A DNA stretch of 64,000 nt, from positions 17,531 to 81,530 of the forward strand of contig JBGUIA010000046.1 of assembly GCA_045112595.1 (NCBI GenBank), written 5' to 3'. This document shows positions 1 through 10,187 of the stretch, one piece after another (position 1 is the first letter of the stretch; each line of letters begins with the position of its first letter). Source of the DNA: Prevotella sp. Its GTDB lineage: Bacteria > Bacteroidota > Bacteroidia > Bacteroidales > Bacteroidaceae. Under the pieces are notes generated by a model. The model worked only from the letters and a program-made list of their open reading frames with translations, was not told the origin of the DNA and did no database searches. Made by a program: the position numbers and the translations under genes.

Positions 1-186
1 GGTATATCTGAATGACACACCGCCTGTCATTCCGCCCAGCCAACCCTGTGGTACATCGGGCTGGAACGAAACCTGACTCATCGTATATCCACCGTTTACG
101 CCGACGGCAAAGTCCGAGCGGTATTCACCCACCTGGGCTTTCGCCATTATCGGCACTAGTAACAGCAGTATCAGTAGTTTTCTCAT
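1..186 (-). CDS. Outer-membrane beta-barrel (PorT-like) protein, N-terminal part; runs off the window edge
   Basis: Manual translation MRKLLILLLLVPIMAKAQVGEYRSDFAVGVNGGYTMSQVSFQP...GGVSFRY shows a signal peptide then amphipathic beta strands; ATG is 6 nt after the stop of the LysM gene. Confidence 0.6.
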   Translation of the reverse strand, partial: MRKLLILLLLVPIMAKAQVGEYRSDFAVGVNGGYTMSQVSFQPDVPQGWLGGMTGGVSFRYT

Positions 187-192
187 CGTCAC

Positions 193-1563
193 TTAGAATT
201 TGATGGTTTCCACGCGCTGTTCGGGCATGTAGTGCACAAACATCACCGTACGGTTCATCATGCCCCCGTTGCCGATGCGTTCAAAATGTAATGGCGTCTG
301 AACAGGCGTATAGCCCACCGTCCCCGACGAACCCATGAAGTGCTTGCCATACATGTGCATGCCCTTCACCATGAAATACGCGTGGTCGAACCCCGTCGCG
401 GCATATTTCACGTGGTATTTCTGCATGTCCTGATGGAAATTCGCGCGATACTTCTGGTTGAAACGTGCCGTGCGAGGTGCTAACGGGTCCATGTAGTATG
501 TCGTCGGCACACAGACGTCAAACTTATAGAAATTGTCCAAATGCTTACTGGTGTACATCAGCCATTCCGTATATCCGAACATCGAGATCTTCAGTCCCGG
601 GGTTGTTAGCATCAGTCCGTTCAACTTGGCAAAGGCCAGATTCAGTTCCTGCGAACGGCTCGTGTTCAACACCACCACGTTGGGCTTCGTTGTCGAGAAA
701 CATGTCTTAAACATCGACTCGCTCGACTTCAGGTTTGTTATCGAATACACCATTCCCTCCTGTTCCAGCTTACGACGCAATGTCGACGTAAACGCACCTT
801 TCGTGCTCGTCGAGTCGTTGCAGTCGATGATGACCACGTGCGAGTTCTTGTAACGCTGGTAGAAACGGAACACATACGACTCGTTCAGCGTGTTGCCGTT
901 TTGGAACACTTGATACAGGCAGTCGTTGTCGTACACCTCTGTAGAATTGATACTAAACGGGATGAGTACCCTGATATTGTTGGTCTTCGCAAAGTCCGCC
1001 AGCGGCTTCAACTGCTTCGTATACAGCGGACCGATAATCAGATCGCGGTCGGCCACGTGCTTCTCCAGCAGCGTCAGCCGGATGTCCTTATCCTCAGGCA
1101 CGTTCCATGCACGGATATCCGTCGAAATGCCGTTCGTCTTCAAACTGTCCAGCGCCATCAGCACACCACGGTAGTATTCCACCATACGCTTGCCGTCGCC
1201 ATTGTCATTGTGCAACGGCAACATCACGCCGATGCGGATAGCCCTATTTCTCATGTCCGTGCCGACGTTGGGCTTTACCGGCGACTCCGCTGTCGGGCTC
1301 ACGATATCTTTCGGCTCCAGACCTTTCTTAAACGGAATCTTGATTACGTCACCCTTCTTCAACTCATAGCCCGGCTGGTTCATCTCGGGGTTCGCATCTA
1401 TCAGTTCCTGCACTGTCAGCCCGTTGTCACGGGCAATGCCGAAGATTGTCTCCTTCTTCTTTACCTCGTGCAAGTCTTTAAACACCTGCTGCGCCAGCGC
1501 CGTCTCAGCACCCAGTGCCACCACAGCCGCCAGCAACCAATATCGTATGTTTCTTTTCATCAT
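193..1563 (-). CDS. LysM domain plus periplasmic-binding-protein-like domain protein
   Basis: Signal peptide; LysM motif HEVKKKETIFGIARDNGLTVQELIDANP...LKKGDVIKIP; followed by IGVMLP and DLIIGPLY of type I PBP folds. Confidence 0.8.
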   Translation of the reverse strand: MMKRNIRYWLLAAVVALGAETALAQQVFKDLHEVKKKETIFGIARDNGLTVQELIDANPEMNQPGYELKKGDVIKIPFKKGLEPKDIVSPTAESPVKPNVGTDMRNRAIRIGVMLPLHNDNGDGKRMVEYYRGVLMALDSLKTNGISTDIRAWNVPEDKDIRLTLLEKHVADRDLIIGPLYTKQLKPLADFAKTNNIRVLIPFSINSTEVYDNDCLYQVFQNGNTLNESYVFRFYQRYKNSHVVIIDCNDSTSTKGAFTSTLRRKLEQEGMVYSITNLKSSESMFKTCFSTTKPNVVVLNTSRSQELNLAFAKLNGLMLTTPGLKISMFGYTEWLMYTSKHLDNFYKFDVCVPTTYYMDPLAPRTARFNQKYRANFHQDMQKYHVKYAATGFDHAYFMVKGMHMYGKHFMGSSGTVGYTPVQTPLHFERIGNGGMMNRTVMFVHYMPEQRVETIKF

Positions 1564-1637
1564 CTTTTACACTTTCATTAATTTCGCCTGCGAAGGTACG
1601 AAAAAAAAGTGAACCCACCAAACGATGAGCCCGATTT

Positions 1638-2408
1638 TTAAAATGTAACTTTGCTGCGGCAACACTCGGTGCCGTCGGAGCGGACAATGCGGATGTTGTA
1701 TGAGCTCTGGCCTTCGACAAGGGGTTCCTGTTCCATATAGAACGAGAGCCGGTCGCCGGCATGGGCCTCGGCGACGTAGGCAATTTCGAAACGGCGGATG
1801 TGGTGGTCGCGGTACCACTCAAGTGGCCAGAGGTCGAGGACGTGTTCGATGTATTTCACGCTGTTGATATGTCCGTTGATATCGACATCGTTATAGTGAG
1901 TATCGATAGTGCGCACGAGCTGAGCGTCGTCGGACATCTTTACACGACCTCCCTTGTCGATGGGACACTCCTTATCCTTGACGATCCAATTGTTGATAGC
2001 ACCATTGTCGATAGAGAAGATATCTGTTGGCTGGCGCGTTTCGGTGTCAATCATTGCCCAGATGGAGCGACCATAGCCGTAAATCTTTGGCTGTTGGCCG
2101 TTAGCTATTGGCTCTTGGCCGATGACAGCGAAGTTACGGGAGGTGAAGTAGCGCATAGCACTCTCGACCCACGTCTCGACATTGAACTTGACGTATTGCT
2201 CGGGCATCTCGGTCATCTCGATAGCCAGACGCGAGAGCACCCACGAACGATGGATGCCCATGAGATACTTCATGCCAAAGCCGCGGGCTGACGAGTGGAA
2301 ATCGGCTGCATTAAGCATGTGGTTGCCCATGTGGCCCATAAAGAGGCGTCCGCTGAAGTCGCAGTGGAACGGCTCAGCCATGAATTCGTAACGTCCTACC
2401 TTATCCAT
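1638..2408 (-). CDS. Acyl-ACP thioesterase (FatA/FatB-like)
   Basis: Double hot-dog signature WVLSRLAIEM, SIWAMID, YNDVDINGHINSVKY; lies downstream of the ilv genes. Confidence 0.85.
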   Translation of the reverse strand: MDKVGRYEFMAEPFHCDFSGRLFMGHMGNHMLNAADFHSSARGFGMKYLMGIHRSWVLSRLAIEMTEMPEQYVKFNVETWVESAMRYFTSRNFAVIGQEPIANGQQPKIYGYGRSIWAMIDTETRQPTDIFSIDNGAINNWIVKDKECPIDKGGRVKMSDDAQLVRTIDTHYNDVDINGHINSVKYIEHVLDLWPLEWYRDHHIRRFEIAYVAEAHAGDRLSFYMEQEPLVEGQSSYNIRIVRSDGTECCRSKVTF

Positions 2409-2430
2409 ATACCAATCACCTTTTACTGTC

Positions 2431-2967
2431 TTACTTTTTTTCGCGTTCTTCGAGGAATGCGCTGACCTGCTCCTGCATACCTCGGGTCACAGCAATACGA
2501 CCGGAACGGGTGTACTGCAACACACAGCCAAAAGCATTGAGGGCACGATAGAGCGCAATAATATCCTCGGTGATACCGTGTTTCATGACAATGGTATAAG
2601 TAGGGTTCACTTCGATGATATGTGCATCGAAACGACGGACCGTACGAGAAATCTCGGGATTCTGGAGCACATTCTCAGTAGAGAGCTTGTAGAGTCCCGA
2701 CTCACGGATGAACAACTGGTCGTCGGTGAAGTAGTTGGCCTTAACGACGTCAATCTTCTTCTCTATCTGGCGCGTAATCTTTTCAATCTGGTCGGCGTCA
2801 CTCCATGCGGTGATGGTGTACTTATGGACACCCTCGATGGAGGAAGCCGACACATTCAGACTCTCGATGTTGACCTGACGTCGGGTAAACACGGCGGTAA
2901 TCTGATTCAGAATACCGGCAATATTCTCGGAGTACACCAGCAGGGTATATAATTTTTTCTCTTCCAT
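2431..2967 (-). CDS. ilvN: Acetolactate synthase small (regulatory) subunit
   Basis: ACT domain ENIAGILNQITAVFTRRQVNIESL, C-terminal RSGRIAV; adjacent to ilvB. ATG 2967 preferred over GTG 2994, which lies in a repeat. Confidence 0.9.
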   Translation of the reverse strand: MEEKKLYTLLVYSENIAGILNQITAVFTRRQVNIESLNVSASSIEGVHKYTITAWSDADQIEKITRQIEKKIDVVKANYFTDDQLFIRESGLYKLSTENVLQNPEISRTVRRFDAHIIEVNPTYTIVMKHGITEDIIALYRALNAFGCVLQYTRSGRIAVTRGMQEQVSAFLEEREKK

Positions 2968-2995
2968 AGCGGTAGCAAATTCTTCACTCTTCACT

Positions 2996-4699
2996 TCAAA
3001 TTTCCAGCATCATATCGTTGACATTCATACCCGGAGGTGTCATGGGCAGCACGTTATCCTCCTCCATAATGGCACATTCGAGGATGAACGGGCCATCGGT
3101 TGTAAGCATCTTTTCAACGGCTGCGCCTAAGTCCTTGCGGTCGGTAACGGCCTGATAAGAAATACCGTAACCCTGAGCTATCAACTCGTAGTTGGGGTTC
3201 ATCATCTTGGTGAACGATTTACGGCGCATCCAGAACATATCCTGCCACTGACGAACGTTACCCAAATAGTGATTGTTCAGCAGAATCATCTTCACGGGAG
3301 CCTGCTGTTCCATGATAGTGCCGAGTTCCTCGATACACATCTGGAAACCACCGTCGCCCATAAAACAACAGACAGTGCGGTCGGTGGCAAAGGTGGCTCC
3401 GATGGCTGCCGGCATACCGTAACCCATGGTGCCAAGGCCTCCGCTAGTGCAAATACTGCGCTTAACGGGATACTTGAAGTAACGCGTCGCAAATAGCTGG
3501 TTTTGACCGACATCCGTTACAAGGATAGATCCGCGAGGTGCTCGTTCGGCAACGGCATTAACCACCTCACCCATCTTCAACGGACCATCAGTAGGATGGA
3601 TGGCTGGTTCTATGACTTTCACACGTTCCCGTTCGTCGAGTTCCTTGAACGACTCGCGCCATTCGCGGTGGTCGTTCTTATTTAACAGCGCCGTCAAAGC
3701 TGGCAGCGATTCTTTGCAGTCAGCCACCACAGCCACATGGGTTTTGACATTCTTATCAATCTCCGAGCGGTCGATATCGAGGTGGATAATCTTGGCCTGC
3801 TTGGCGTAGGTCTTTAGATTGCCCGTCACACGATCGGAGAAGCGCATACCGATAGCGATGAGCACGTCGCACTCCTGTTCTTTCAGGTTGACGGCATAGT
3901 TGCCATGCATGCCCAGCATACCGACATTCAGGGAATGGTCGGAAGGCAGTGCAGAAAGCCCTAGCATGGTACGACCGGCAGGAATGTCGCCCTTCTCGAG
4001 GAATGCCTTGAGTTCCTCTTGAGCATTACCCAGTTCTACACCTTGTCCCACAAGAGCCAAAGGTTTCTTGGCATTATTAATCAGTTCAGCAGCCTGACGA
4101 ACAGCTTCATTATCGAGTTTAGGATAAGGAACATAGGAACGTACAAAATCAACCTTCTTAGGTTCCCATTCAATCTCCTCAATCTGTGCATTGCGAGGAA
4201 AGTCGAGCACCACAGGACCAGGACGGCCCGTACGGGCAATATAGAAAGCACGACTTACAGCCCAAGCGATATCCTCGGCATGGCGAATCTGATAGCTCCA
4301 CTTGGAAATTGGTTGAGCCACACCTACGAGGTCAACTTCCTGAAAAGCATCTGTACCCAGAGCGCTGATAGCCACCTGACCTGCAATAACCACTATGGGC
4401 GTTGAGTCCAACATAGCATCGGCCACACCAGTTAGCGTATTCGTTGCCCCTGGACCACTAGTAACAAGAGCAACGCCAACATCACCACTGACGCGGGCAT
4501 AGCCTTCGGCAGCATGGACGGCACCTTGCTCGTGACGCACAAGAATATGGTCAAAGCATTTTTTCTCACCTCGTGTGTAGTCGAACAGCGCATCGTAGGT
4601 GGGCATGATACTGCCTCCAGGGTAGCCGAAGATCGTTTTCACACCTTCCGCCCGAAGTGCCCGCATCAGCGCTTTTGATCCTGTTATTCTATCACTCAT
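2996..4699 (-). CDS. ilvB: Acetolactate synthase large subunit
   Basis: IFGYPGG, RHEQGAVHAAEGYAR, TSGPGATN, TPP motif GDGGFQM...NN. Confidence 0.95.
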   Translation of the reverse strand: MSDRITGSKALMRALRAEGVKTIFGYPGGSIMPTYDALFDYTRGEKKCFDHILVRHEQGAVHAAEGYARVSGDVGVALVTSGPGATNTLTGVADAMLDSTPIVVIAGQVAISALGTDAFQEVDLVGVAQPISKWSYQIRHAEDIAWAVSRAFYIARTGRPGPVVLDFPRNAQIEEIEWEPKKVDFVRSYVPYPKLDNEAVRQAAELINNAKKPLALVGQGVELGNAQEELKAFLEKGDIPAGRTMLGLSALPSDHSLNVGMLGMHGNYAVNLKEQECDVLIAIGMRFSDRVTGNLKTYAKQAKIIHLDIDRSEIDKNVKTHVAVVADCKESLPALTALLNKNDHREWRESFKELDERERVKVIEPAIHPTDGPLKMGEVVNAVAERAPRGSILVTDVGQNQLFATRYFKYPVKRSICTSGGLGTMGYGMPAAIGATFATDRTVCCFMGDGGFQMCIEELGTIMEQQAPVKMILLNNHYLGNVRQWQDMFWMRRKSFTKMMNPNYELIAQGYGISYQAVTDRKDLGAAVEKMLTTDGPFILECAIMEEDNVLPMTPPGMNVNDMMLEI

Positions 4700-4702
4700 A
4701 TC

Positions 4703-6505
4703 TTAATCTATTATTCTGATTCCACCTTTATCGGCACTCGAAACGCTCTGGGCATAGGCACGCAAGGCCTTGCTAACCACACGGTTGCGACGCAGGGGCT
4801 GTTGTGGACGGGCGGCGAGTTCGTCGTCGCTAAGTTTCACGTTGATTGAACGGCTGGGGATATCGATGACGATGATGTCGCCATCCTTCACCTTGCCGAT
4901 ATTTCCACAATTGGCAGCTTCAGGAGAGATATGTCCGATACTCAGTCCTGACGTGCCGCCCGAGAAACGGCCATCGGTAATCAGTGCGCACTCCTTACCC
5001 ATGTGCATGCTCTTAATATAAGAAGTGGGATAAAGCATCTCCTGCATACCAGGACCGCCCTTCGGACCTTCGTGGGTAATTACCACACAGTCGCCCTTCT
5101 TCACCTTGCCACCAAGAATGCCTTCGCAAGCATCTTCCTGAGAGTCAAAGACGACGGCAGGTCCTTCGAAGTGCCAAAGGCTTTCGTCAACGCCAGCGGT
5201 CTTCACAACACAACCGTCCTGAGCGATATTACCAAAGAGCACGGCCAGTCCGCCATCCTTGGTGTAAGCGTGTTCGAGGTCGCGGATGCAACCATTGGCA
5301 CGATCGGTATCAAGTGTACCCCACTCTTCCGACTGCGACCCCATCTTGGTAGAGAAGCGATTGCCAGGAGCCGACTGATAGATGCGATTGGCTTCTGTAT
5401 CCACGTCACCATCAACAATACTATATTTCTTCAAGGCTTCAGCGAGGGTCATCCCGTCTACACGGGGTGCAGAGCCGTCAATCAGTCCACCCTTGCTGAG
5501 TTCGTTCAGAATACCAAGAATACCACCTGCACGACCACACTCCTGAACAGAGTATTTCTGTGTATTGGGCGCAAGTTTGCAGAGGCAGGGAACCTTTCTT
5601 GAGAGTGCGTCGATATCCTTCATAGTGAAGTCGGCACCAGCTTCCTGAGCTACAGCCAGCAAATGAAGCACAGTATTCGTCGAACCACCCATCGCGATAT
5701 CCAGCGACATCGCATTCATAAAGGCCTTGCGGGTAGCGATATTGCGAGGCAATACGCTCTCGTCGCCATCCTCATAATAGGCAAAGGCGTTCTTGACAAT
5801 CTGACGAGCAGCGGCCTTAAAAAGTTCCACGCGATTGGTATGGGTTGCAAGGGTGGTTCCGTTACCTGGCAGTGAGAGACCAATAGCCTCTGTCAGCGAG
5901 TTCATTGAGTTAGCCGTAAACATGCCCGAGCACGAACCGCAACCAGGACAGGCACACGACTCAATCTCCTTCATCTCTTCGTCAGTCACTGAGGGGTCTG
6001 CGCCCTTGACCATTGCCGTAATGAGGTCGGCATTCTCACCACGCCAGCGACCAGCCTCCATAGGACCACCCGAGCAGAACACTGCAGGAATATTCAAACG
6101 CATAGCCGCCATCAACATTCCTGGCGTCACCTTGTCACAGTTGGAGATGCAAATCATAGCGTCAGCCTTGTGCGCATTCACCATATATTCCACGCTGTCG
6201 GCAATGATGTCGCGCGAAGGCAGCGAATACAACATACCATCGTGCCCCATTGCAATACCGTCGTCAATGGCAATGGTATTGAACTCAGCGGCATAACAGC
6301 CCATCTTCTCGATTTCCTCGCGTACTATCTGACCAATCTCATGCAGGTGCGTATGACCAGGCACAAACTGTGTGAACGAGTTGACAATGGCAATAATGGG
6401 CTTGCCAAACTGCTCATGTTTCATACCTGTGGCCACCCAGAGTGCTCTGGCGCCAGCCATACGGCGACCTTCTGTGCATACATTGCTTCTCAGTTGATGT
6501 TTCAT
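4703..6505 (-). CDS. ilvD: Dihydroxy-acid dehydratase
   Basis: [59 protein letters not shown]. An alternative start is at 6526. Confidence 0.95.
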   Translation of the reverse strand: MKHQLRSNVCTEGRRMAGARALWVATGMKHEQFGKPIIAIVNSFTQFVPGHTHLHEIGQIVREEIEKMGCYAAEFNTIAIDDGIAMGHDGMLYSLPSRDIIADSVEYMVNAHKADAMICISNCDKVTPGMLMAAMRLNIPAVFCSGGPMEAGRWRGENADLITAMVKGADPSVTDEEMKEIESCACPGCGSCSGMFTANSMNSLTEAIGLSLPGNGTTLATHTNRVELFKAAARQIVKNAFAYYEDGDESVLPRNIATRKAFMNAMSLDIAMGGSTNTVLHLLAVAQEAGADFTMKDIDALSRKVPCLCKLAPNTQKYSVQECGRAGGILGILNELSKGGLIDGSAPRVDGMTLAEALKKYSIVDGDVDTEANRIYQSAPGNRFSTKMGSQSEEWGTLDTDRANGCIRDLEHAYTKDGGLAVLFGNIAQDGCVVKTAGVDESLWHFEGPAVVFDSQEDACEGILGGKVKKGDCVVITHEGPKGGPGMQEMLYPTSYIKSMHMGKECALITDGRFSGGTSGLSIGHISPEAANCGNIGKVKDGDIIVIDIPSRSINVKLSDDELAARPQQPLRRNRVVSKALRAYAQSVSSADKGGIRIID

Positions 6506-6631
6506 CGTATATTCGTTTTTGTCCATTTTAGCTTGCAAAGGTAAGCAATTTCCCCCTAAACGCCAAACGATTTTGGCGAAAAATGAAGAAAAACCGAGAG
6601 TGAAAGGCTAATGCAGCCCGAATCCCAATTT

Positions 6632-9600
6632 TTACCTGCTTAGACTCGCTTCCGTAAAGGCGTCCATGATAATCGTTGGCTGGTTGTTCTGGAAGGCCCC
6701 CAACTTATAGAAGCGATCGGTTTCCGGAGCCCAGTAGAACACACCCTGACAATGGCCTCCACAATGGTTGCGTGCCATATCGATGATAGCTGCGATAATC
6801 TTCTTTCCCTCCACAGGTTTTGCTGCTTCAGCTCCAGTCTCGACGACCAGCATGGGTTTGTGGTATTTCTCCCACAAGCGATTGATGTTCATAGTAGCTT
6901 TCTCCACCGTTTCCTGCCACGACTGGGTATGTTTGCCACGAATGTCCCAATAGGGATAGACGCTAAGGCCAATCATATCGTAACGAGCCTTATACTTAGC
7001 CAGTCCGTCGAAGATGAAGTCATAACGGTGAGGGTCGAAGGCTCCATCGAGATGAATAATGACTTCTGCCTCCGGAAATACCTGTTTTACAGCCGCATAG
7101 CCCGCATCCGTCAATCCTGCATACTGCTGCATGTTCTCCTGCGCACGCCCCATAGGCCAGAGGAAACCATTGGTGGTCTCGTTGCCTACCTGTACCCAGC
7201 GCACGTCGACACCAGTGTCCTTGATGGCTTGCAAAACCTCACGAGTATGGGTAGCCAACGCCCGACACATCTCCTGATAGTTCATTTCCTTCCACGCAGC
7301 AGGGATATTCTGCTGACCAGGATCGGCCCACCAGTCGCTATAATGGAAGTCAATCATCACGGCCATTCCCTGCTCCTTAGCGCGTTTCGCCATTTTGACG
7401 ACATCGTTCTGATTACAAAGCCCTTCCTTGGGATTGACCCACACGCGCAGACGGACGGCATTCAACCCCAGTTCGCGCATCAGGGCCGTACATTCGCGAG
7501 GTTCGCCTTTAGCATTGCGCAACTGCACGCCTCGCGCCTCCAAATCAGTAGTGCCGCTAATATCTGCTCCCAACCAGAAGGGCTCCACACTCTGAGAATC
7601 AACGGTTTCGAGGCTTAGTACTGCTGGTTTCAAACGTCCCTTGCGGTCCTTTACTGTCAGCGTCAGCTTTCCAGCCTTCGTCGTAGGTCGCAGGATGACC
7701 ACCAATTCGCCATTGAACAACTTCATCGTGGGTTGCTTGAATGATTCCAGCGAAGTGGCATCACCATTGCAGACAGCCTCAAACTTGGCTTCACCTGCGA
7801 CGCTGAATATCAACGGTTCTTGACAGGTTGGAACGGGAACACCCTTCTTGTCCTGAACTGATACACGGATATATATCAAGTCTTCGCCATCAGCCTTGTG
7901 CTTGCTGGTCTCTGCCTGTGCCACCAGTTGCACAGCCTTACCAGCTGTCTGGCGCACATCCTCACCGATTTTGTTGCCCTGTTCGTCGTAAACAACGACA
8001 CGAATTTCGCCAGGCTCGTATTTTACATCGTTCCATCGCAGGCGATAGCGGTCTAGACGCTCCGCTTTGTTCTTGCGCACCCTACCCTGCGACTTACCAT
8101 TGATAAAGAGTTCACCCTCGACACCATCCGTATAACAGTAAACAGGCGTCACCTTGCCTTTACGGTCGGGCCACGTCCAATGAGGTAACAAATGGACGGT
8201 ATGCTCGTTCTTGTTCCATTTGCTTCTATACAGGTAGTAGCGGTCTTTGGGTAGTCCGGCGAGGTCGCAGATGCCAAAATAGCTACTGCGCGAAGGCCAG
8301 TATTCATCGTAAGGCGTAGGCTCACCTAGATAGTCATAGCCTGTCCATACGAATTCACCAATGACCCACGAGTAGTCATCCTGCCACACCCAATCGTCGT
8401 CAGGCAGGTTCGACCAAGAGCAGTATTCTACATCGTAACTGGAGCACTGACCATCGGCTTTCAGAATAGCTGTAGGGTCGTAGGTGGGCGCCCAAGAGGC
8501 ATACTGCGAATTGTCGGAAACCACTACGGGGAATTTATAGACACCGCGGGAACTTACTGTAGAGGCAGTCTCAGAACCCAGAAGAAAACCTTGCGGCAAC
8601 TGCTTGATGCTGTTGGCATATTTGTGGACACGATAGTTGAAACCTGGTACCTGCATAGCCTGGGCATAGCCACCGGCAATAGATTTCTCGGCATGATCCA
8701 TTCCCTGAGTGACAGGACGTGTGGGGTCGAGGGCATTGCAAAGGCCCTGCAACTGGATACTGATTTGGCGTCCTTCCTCGCTACCTTGTTCAGGAATCTC
8801 GTTGCCAATGGACCACATCACAATCGAGGGATGATTCCTATGGTTCAGCACCAGATTAGTGATATCCCGCTCAGCCCACTCACGGAAGTTGCGGGCATAG
8901 CCGTTCTTGCACTTCGGATAAATCCACATATCGAACGACTCAGCCATCACCATCATGCCCAAAGAGTCGCAAATATCCATCTGCCACGTCGACGGCATAT
9001 TGTGAGAAGTACGGATAGCGTCGCAACCCATTGCCTTCAACATCTGAATCTGGCGAATCAAGGCTGTCTTATTAATAGCAGCGCCTAAGGGTCCTAAGTC
9101 GTGATGCAGACAGACACCCTTAATTTTGCGCGTCACGCCATTCAGTTGGAAACCGTTTTCGCGACTAACACGAATGGTGCGAATACCCGTATTGATTTCC
9201 TTGCTATCCACCAATACATGATGTTCAGGGCCGACAGAACCTATCTTCTGTACCTTAGCCCTTACCTTATATAAATAAGGTGTCTCGGGTGACCATAGTT
9301 TTGGATTGGAAATGGTAAACTTGGCGTAAACCTTCCCGTCGTGCTCAATACGAGTGTCGTGACCGCCAGCAGTACGACCATCGGGCGAAATCAGCGTTAC
9401 ATTACCAACCATATTTTTTTCTGCATTGATCACCCTGAACTCAACCTCAACAACAGCCTTGTCGTTGTCAATACTCATCGTGCGAGCATACAGACTCCAG
9501 TCATCAATATGGGTTTTCTGCATGAGCACCAACGTTACTGGGCGATAAAGTCCAGCACCTGGATACCAACGACTGCTCTCTTCCTGGTTCTGCAGATGAA

Positions 9601-10066
9601 CACAGATGTCTAGTTCTTTGGTAATCGTCGTAGGCGGATTATGGAGAAAGCGTGTCGCATCCACGCGGAATGCATTATAGCCATAGGCCCAGTGGCCCGC
9701 CTCCTCACCATTGATGCTCACACGGGGCTCAGCCATAGCACCGTCGAACACGAGTTCAGCAGCATCGTAACCTTCAGGCACGCTGATAGTCGTACGATAC
9801 CAGCCTTCGCCAATCCAGGGGAGTGCCCCACTGCGCCCTGACTTTTCCGTAGCCTCCGTTTCACCATTTTGTACAATAGCGACACGTTGTAGGTCCCATT
9901 TCTTGTCGAACGGTCCTGCTATAGCCCAGTCATGAGGAATATTAACCTTCTCCCACGTCTTTTGGTCACATGAGAATTCCCATGTCTTCAAATTGATTTC
10001 GCGTCGTGTCTGTGCGGTCAGCAATTGACAAGACAATAGTACTGCAAGTAATAGTTTTAGTTTCAT
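6632..10066 (-). CDS. Secreted GH2 beta-galactosidase fused to a C-terminal GH53 endo-beta-1,4-galactanase
   Basis: Signal peptide; GH2 motifs KGVCLHHD, IRTSHN, NHPSIVMWSIGNE, FVWTGYDY; then GH53 motifs GADIS, VRLRVWVNP, DFHYSDWWADPGQQ, VQVGNE, VVETG. Confidence 0.88.
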   Translation of the reverse strand: MKLKLLLAVLLSCQLLTAQTRREINLKTWEFSCDQKTWEKVNIPHDWAIAGPFDKKWDLQRVAIVQNGETEATEKSGRSGALPWIGEGWYRTTISVPEGYDAAELVFDGAMAEPRVSINGEEAGHWAYGYNAFRVDATRFLHNPPTTITKELDICVHLQNQEESSRWYPGAGLYRPVTLVLMQKTHIDDWSLYARTMSIDNDKAVVEVEFRVINAEKNMVGNVTLISPDGRTAGGHDTRIEHDGKVYAKFTISNPKLWSPETPYLYKVRAKVQKIGSVGPEHHVLVDSKEINTGIRTIRVSRENGFQLNGVTRKIKGVCLHHDLGPLGAAINKTALIRQIQMLKAMGCDAIRTSHNMPSTWQMDICDSLGMMVMAESFDMWIYPKCKNGYARNFREWAERDITNLVLNHRNHPSIVMWSIGNEIPEQGSEEGRQISIQLQGLCNALDPTRPVTQGMDHAEKSIAGGYAQAMQVPGFNYRVHKYANSIKQLPQGFLLGSETASTVSSRGVYKFPVVVSDNSQYASWAPTYDPTAILKADGQCSSYDVEYCSWSNLPDDDWVWQDDYSWVIGEFVWTGYDYLGEPTPYDEYWPSRSSYFGICDLAGLPKDRYYLYRSKWNKNEHTVHLLPHWTWPDRKGKVTPVYCYTDGVEGELFINGKSQGRVRKNKAERLDRYRLRWNDVKYEPGEIRVVVYDEQGNKIGEDVRQTAGKAVQLVAQAETSKHKADGEDLIYIRVSVQDKKGVPVPTCQEPLIFSVAGEAKFEAVCNGDATSLESFKQPTMKLFNGELVVILRPTTKAGKLTLTVKDRKGRLKPAVLSLETVDSQSVEPFWLGADISGTTDLEARGVQLRNAKGEPRECTALMRELGLNAVRLRVWVNPKEGLCNQNDVVKMAKRAKEQGMAVMIDFHYSDWWADPGQQNIPAAWKEMNYQEMCRALATHTREVLQAIKDTGVDVRWVQVGNETTNGFLWPMGRAQENMQQYAGLTDAGYAAVKQVFPEAEVIIHLDGAFDPHRYDFIFDGLAKYKARYDMIGLSVYPYWDIRGKHTQSWQETVEKATMNINRLWEKYHKPMLVVETGAEAAKPVEGKKIIAAIIDMARNHCGGHCQGVFYWAPETDRFYKLGAFQNNQPTIIMDAFTEASLSR

Positions 10067-10133
10067 AACATCAGTAATTTGCCTACAAAGATACAAAGAA
10101 ATGGGCAAAACTCCAAATAAAGACACAAAAAAA

Positions 10134-10159
10134 TCCCCGCAGATTTGATTCTGCGGGGA
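10134..10159 (-). terminator. Intrinsic terminator of the OmpA gene
   Basis: TCCCCGCAGA-6 nt-TCTGCGGGGA stem followed by a T-run on the minus strand. Confidence 0.75.
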
Positions 10160-10187
10160 ATAATGTTATCTGAATGTTCGCTACAAA

